From: Ancylonema sp.
Taxonomy: Eukaryota
Length of the DNA stretch: 34,234 bases
NCBI GenBank assembly: GCA_050230475.1
Contig: JBFLGF010000049.1
Location: 62,001 to 96,234 of the forward strand
Direction: 5' to 3'
Of the stretch, positions 33,859-34,234 are shown piece by piece; position 1 is the first letter of the stretch; every line of letters begins with the position of its first letter. The translations under genes were made by a program, and so were the position numbers. The notes beneath the pieces were generated by a model that was given only the letters and a program-made list of their open reading frames with translations, did no database searches and was not told where the DNA came from.

Positions 33859-34234
33859 GTAAGATGGCGAGACAAGCCGACTTCAAAAATTGAATCAAAG
33901 TAGACTGTTCACTGTACCTAGCAGAGGGAAGGAAAGGAGGATGAAGAGGGGCGGTGTGGAAAGCGGAGGTTTGTCACAAGCAGAGAGGAAGGGAAAACGA
34001 AGAATTTATATGTAAAAGATAATAAAAAAGCAAATTTGAGGATGTGAGGCAGAGTTGATCGGTTCCGCGCATGCACCCTTACCACACCTTGGCCGCTAAG
34101 ACCCTAAGTAGTAAACGTTCGAAAAAGAAGGACAAACAAAGCATACCGCTGAAGGTGCTCCCCAGAAATGCATCCTAAAGTCAAGCGTCCTTCGACGCTC
34201 TGCATACGTCAGCTTGCTTCCAAGCCAGTCCCCA

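Overview
Eukaryotic, intron-rich genomic DNA, most likely a streptophyte/green-lineage genome (inferred from gene 1). It contains: (1) a complete 8-exon + strand gene (about 750-6153, about 1078 aa) for a RING + PHD + C-terminal SRI-like protein resembling Arabidopsis At4g10930; (2) a complete 10-exon - strand amino-acid transporter gene of the Aa_trans/AAAP fold (31652-27916, about 704 aa) with one GC-AG intron; (3) probably the first exons of a third gene from 33286; (4) a roughly 21-kb transposon-rich block between genes 1 and 2. That block holds two independent, full-length but decayed Ty1/copia retrotransposons of one family (6913-12324, 21356-26747) and a diverged orphan copy of the transporter 3' end. 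Non-autonomous hAT elements with 8-bp TSDs (one retaining a BED finger) and pogo/Tc1-like elements occur in and around it. The most unusual signals are in the copia family: Gag starts inside the LTR and is read through the PBS, the protease motif is D-D-G in both copies, and a 459-bp tract is identical between otherwise diverged copies. Also notable are a hAT element with two right ends, a RING Cys-to-Tyr change and a tract of about 110 TTC units in an intron. I found no CRISPR array, rRNA or tRNA gene, and nothing I can claim as a wholly new system. All alignments and family assignments were done by eye or from memory, without database searches.
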